A stretch of 24,000 nt of DNA from assembly GCF_023700755.1 (NCBI RefSeq), contig NZ_JAMKOJ010000012.1, forward strand, positions 99,492 to 123,491. Reading direction: 5' to 3'. A model generated the notes under the pieces. That model worked only from the letters and a program-made list of their open reading frames with translations, ran no database searches and was not told the DNA's origin. This document shows, piece by piece, positions 21,065 to 24,000 of the stretch (its first letter is position 1; the number at the start of each line of letters is the position of its first letter). A program made the translations under genes and the position numbers. The stretch is from Allorhizobium sonneratiae (GTDB lineage Bacteria > Pseudomonadota > Alphaproteobacteria > Rhizobiales > Rhizobiaceae).

Positions 21065-22567
21065 TCAGATCAGGCCAAGTCTTGCACACCAATCCTTGAG
21101 GGGCGCAAGGGCCTCATGCTGAAAAGCTGCGGATATGTAGGTGAGCGTGCGATCCATATGCCGCATATAGTCCGGCTTGTTGTCGCGCAGCTTCAGCCGC
21201 ACCCAGAGCCCCATCAGCTTGCAATTGCGCTGGGCCGCCATGATGGCAAAATCCCGCCGAAAGGCCACCGCATCGAAACCGGCTTCATCGCGTCTCAGGT
21301 CGATATAATGATCGTGAAGATCAGCCTGCATCGCTGCCGGTATGGTCACGCGCGCATCCTGAAGGAGCGAGGCCAGGTCATAGGCAGCAGGACCGATCAT
21401 CGCGTCCTGAAAATCGATCAGTCCGACCCGTTGAATCCCTTCTTTTTCCGCCTGCCACAGCAGGTTTGGCGAATGAACGTCGCGCAGAACCAGATGTGTG
21501 CGGTCATCCAGCAAGCCGATCAGCTTCTGCCAGATCGCGGCAAATTCTTGCCGCTCCGCCTCATGCGCCTGCCGCCCGAGCTTCCAGGGAATATGCCAGT
21601 CCAGCAGCAATTCCGTTTCATAAAGCATAGCAGCATCATCGAAAGCAGGAATGACATGGCTATGATCGGGCGTGACGGGGATTTCACGTGAAACATCGGC
21701 GCGGGCAAGATGAGCAAGACAGGCTGCTGCTGCGGCATATCGCTCTGCCATCGGCCTGCCATCGGCATCGAGAACCCCCTCCGATCCGAGATCCTCGATC
21801 AGCAGCAGACCTCGATCCAGATCCTGCGCATAGATTGCCGGGACAGTGGCCCCCATGTCCTGCAGAAGATGGTCTATGGCAACGAAGGCGCGGCAATCTT
21901 CCGCCAGATGCACCAGTTCCGGATAGGTCTTGCCGTGACGGATCACGGGGGTTTGCGGGCGTTTCGGGCTGTCCATGACGATGCGCGGCGAGCCAACCGG
22001 TGAGGAGACGAGGTCATAAGCGCGATAATCGGCGTCACCGCTCAGGAACCGGCGCCTTGCCCCTGCCATGCCGTTTTGATCCAGCAGGGCGCGAATGGCG
22101 AGGCTGCGTCTTACGCGCTGCAACAGGGGCTCAGGGCCACTGATGGCAAGCTGCCTGCCGCCATCTTTCGGAAAGCTGAAGGTGAGGGTCAGCGCGTCCT
22201 CAGGCAGCCGGTCCTCAGCACGTTCCGGCCATTCCACCAGACAGATGCCGGTTTCGAGCCATTCATCGAAGCCGAGTTCATCCAGTTCGGAGGAATCGCC
22301 CAGCCGGTAAAGATCGAAATGGGCGACGGGAATGCGCAGATCGTAAGCCTGGACCAGCGTGAAGGTCGGGCTTGGCACATCCAGGGCGTCGTCATCGGCA
22401 ACAGCGCGGATCAGTGCGCGGGCGAGCGTCGATTTTCCGGCACCAAGATCGCCGTTCAGCTTGATGCAGTCACCCGGTTTCAACGCCCGCGCCAGATCCT
22501 CGCCGAGCTGCTGGGTCGCTTTCTCGTCGGCAAGAGTGAGTAGCATGGAGCCGGAAGACGGGATCAT
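21065..22567 (-). CDS. Fusion: TsaE tRNA t6A ATPase subunit plus AmgK-like aminoglycoside/anomeric sugar phosphotransferase
   Basis: N-terminus LNGDLGAGKSTLARALIRA (Walker A), SPTFTLVQAY, HFDLYRL (TsaE). C-terminus RAFVAIDHLLQDMGATVPAIYAQDLDRGLLLIEDLG, LVLRDVHSPNLLW, RVGLIDFQDAMIGPAAYDLASLLQD (APH family). No stop between domains. Confidence 0.88.
   Translation of the reverse strand: MIPSSGSMLLTLADEKATQQLGEDLARALKPGDCIKLNGDLGAGKSTLARALIRAVADDDALDVPSPTFTLVQAYDLRIPVAHFDLYRLGDSSELDELGFDEWLETGICLVEWPERAEDRLPEDALTLTFSFPKDGGRQLAISGPEPLLQRVRRSLAIRALLDQNGMAGARRRFLSGDADYRAYDLVSSPVGSPRIVMDSPKRPQTPVIRHGKTYPELVHLAEDCRAFVAIDHLLQDMGATVPAIYAQDLDRGLLLIEDLGSEGVLDADGRPMAERYAAAAACLAHLARADVSREIPVTPDHSHVIPAFDDAAMLYETELLLDWHIPWKLGRQAHEAERQEFAAIWQKLIGLLDDRTHLVLRDVHSPNLLWQAEKEGIQRVGLIDFQDAMIGPAAYDLASLLQDARVTIPAAMQADLHDHYIDLRRDEAGFDAVAFRRDFAIMAAQRNCKLMGLWVRLKLRDNKPDYMRHMDRTLTYISAAFQHEALAPLKDWCARLGLI
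21680..21695. promoter_or_regulatory. Second parS-like palindrome, intragenic in the tsaE/amgK fusion
   Basis: GATTTCACGTGAAACA versus TGTTTCACGTGAAACA: 14 of 16 identical; the 12-bp core TTTCACGTGAAA is a perfect palindrome. Confidence 0.45.
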
Positions 22568-24000
22568 TCAGCGGCAACGGAATGGATGAGTTCGCCGGAG
22601 GGAATCCGGCAAACAACCGTGGTGCCCTTGTCCGTGACGCTATCAATGGTCACGCTGCCCTTGTGCAGGTTGACGAAGCTTTCGACAATGGAAAGCCCGA
22701 GCCCTGCGCCGGTGCGGCGTCCGCCTTTGGCATTGGAGGAAAAGCGTTTGAACACCGTCTGCAGAGTGTCTTCGGGAATGCCGCAGCCATTGTCGGCAAC
22801 GGTGAAGACGAAATCGGAGCCTTCCCGCCAGCATTTCAGCACGACTTTCTCGCCTTCCGGCGAGAAATTCACCGCATTGGTGAGGATCTTGATCAGAATC
22901 TGCTTCAGGCGCAGTTGATCGGCGACGATCTCACCCAGCTGCGACGGCGCCATGATTTCCAGCGTCACCCGTCCTTCCTGAAGACGGTCGGTCATCTGCA
23001 TCGAGACATCGTCGAGCAGGTCGCTCAGATCGATCACCGAATAATTGAGCCGCATGATGCCGGCATCGACGGTGGCGAGATCGAGAATATCGTTGACGAT
23101 GGTCAAAAGCACCGAAGACGAGGTGGAGATGTGATCGATATAATCCGCCTGCCGCTCGGTGAGCGGGCCGATGGCGGGCGATTTCAGAAGATCGGTGAAA
23201 CCGATGATATTGGTCAGCGGGGAGCGCAATTCGTAGGAAACATGCTGGACGAAATCGTTTTTCAGCTCATCCGCCTTGCGCAGCGCCTCGTTCTTTTCCA
23301 GAAGCGCCCGCTCGGCGCGCACGCCGTCTGTGATGTTGACGAAGGTCAGCATGGTCTGCGCATTCGGCAGCGGGATCAGCGCATAATCCAGCACCAGACC
23401 GGAAAGAAGCTCGATGGTGCCCTGGCTGGAGGGGCGCTCGTCCTCGAAGCTGGTGATCATCCGGCTGAAGGTGCGCCAGCCATCCGGCCGGTCATAGGAG
23501 GGCAGGCAGGCGGCTTCAATGGCGCGGATATGGGTTCCGGGCGCGGCCTCTGTCTCGGTAATGCCCCATAGCGCTCGGAAGGCCGGGTTGGAAAGCCGGA
23601 TGCGTCCATCCGGCCCGAAGACGGCCACGCCTTCAGACAGGTGGTCGATGGTTTCACCCTGCACCTTGACCAGCGTATTGTAGCGGGTTTCCAGATCGAC
23701 CTGTTCGGTCAGGTTTTCAAACACCCAGGTTGCGCCGCCCTGGGGATGGGCCGAGGCGATGACCCTGAGCGTCTGGCCGTTCGGCAGATGCCATAGCGCC
23801 GTCTGGGTATCGATGGCGCGATAGACGGAGAGTGTGTTTTCCTTCCAGCTCTTCCAGCTCAGCTGTTCCGGCAGCTTGCCGGCGCTGCGCAGCCGGTCGA
23901 GCAGCTCGCCGTGATCGGGGCGGGATTCGAGGAAGCCAAGATCGAGACCCCAGAGTTGCTGGAAGGCCTGATTGTAGAATTGCAGCCGCCGCTCACCGTC
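22564..24000 (-). CDS. divL: DivL-like PAS-containing (pseudo)histidine kinase, 5' part outside the window
   Basis: Open minus-strand frame continues past the track's start at 23724 to the window edge. H-box reads DFVQHVSYELRSPLTNIIGFTDLL with Tyr (TAC at 23233-23235) in place of the phosphoacceptor His, a hallmark of DivL. N/G boxes: LIKILTNAVNFSPEG, ADNGCGIPE, TGAGLGLSIVESFVNLHKGSV. Confidence 0.9.
   Translation of the reverse strand, partial: DGERRLQFYNQAFQQLWGLDLGFLESRPDHGELLDRLRSAGKLPEQLSWKSWKENTLSVYRAIDTQTALWHLPNGQTLRVIASAHPQGGATWVFENLTEQVDLETRYNTLVKVQGETIDHLSEGVAVFGPDGRIRLSNPAFRALWGITETEAAPGTHIRAIEAACLPSYDRPDGWRTFSRMITSFEDERPSSQGTIELLSGLVLDYALIPLPNAQTMLTFVNITDGVRAERALLEKNEALRKADELKNDFVQHVSYELRSPLTNIIGFTDLLKSPAIGPLTERQADYIDHISTSSSVLLTIVNDILDLATVDAGIMRLNYSVIDLSDLLDDVSMQMTDRLQEGRVTLEIMAPSQLGEIVADQLRLKQILIKILTNAVNFSPEGEKVVLKCWREGSDFVFTVADNGCGIPEDTLQTVFKRFSSNAKGGRRTGAGLGLSIVESFVNLHKGSVTIDSVTDKGTTVVCRIPSGELIHSVAAE

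Overview
This window is chromosomal DNA that looks like Rhizobiaceae (Agrobacterium/Rhizobium-like). The gene content is mostly conserved housekeeping. On the + strand: gyrB (5' truncated), an intracellular PHB depolymerase, a DUF2852-like protein, a YgjP-like M48 metalloprotease, trpF-trpB-trpA, accD and folC. On the - strand: a nitroreductase near gyrB, then a dense block of divL (truncated at the window edge), tsaE fused to an AmgK-like phosphotransferase, a MurU-like nucleotidyltransferase, addB, addA and trxA. The one accessory-looking segment is about 1.6 kb (~11.55-13.13 kb), visibly more AT-rich, between folC and trxA. It carries (a) a 130-aa protein that may be a BECR-fold (PBECR-like) nuclease, with its own terminator; (b) a perfect 11-bp inverted repeat with 2-nt spacer plus further hairpins in a 263-nt gap; and (c) a 238-aa uncharacterised protein whose frame appears broken by a 1-nt frameshift, with the natural ~301-aa product continuing in the overlapping 12905..13120 ORF. 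Other signals: two near-consensus ParB/parS-like palindromes (2481..2496 and 21680..21695), a DivL-type Tyr-for-His substitution in the kinase H-box, and a tightly packed divL-to-addA operon. No CRISPR array, rRNA, tRNA or complete mobile element was seen.
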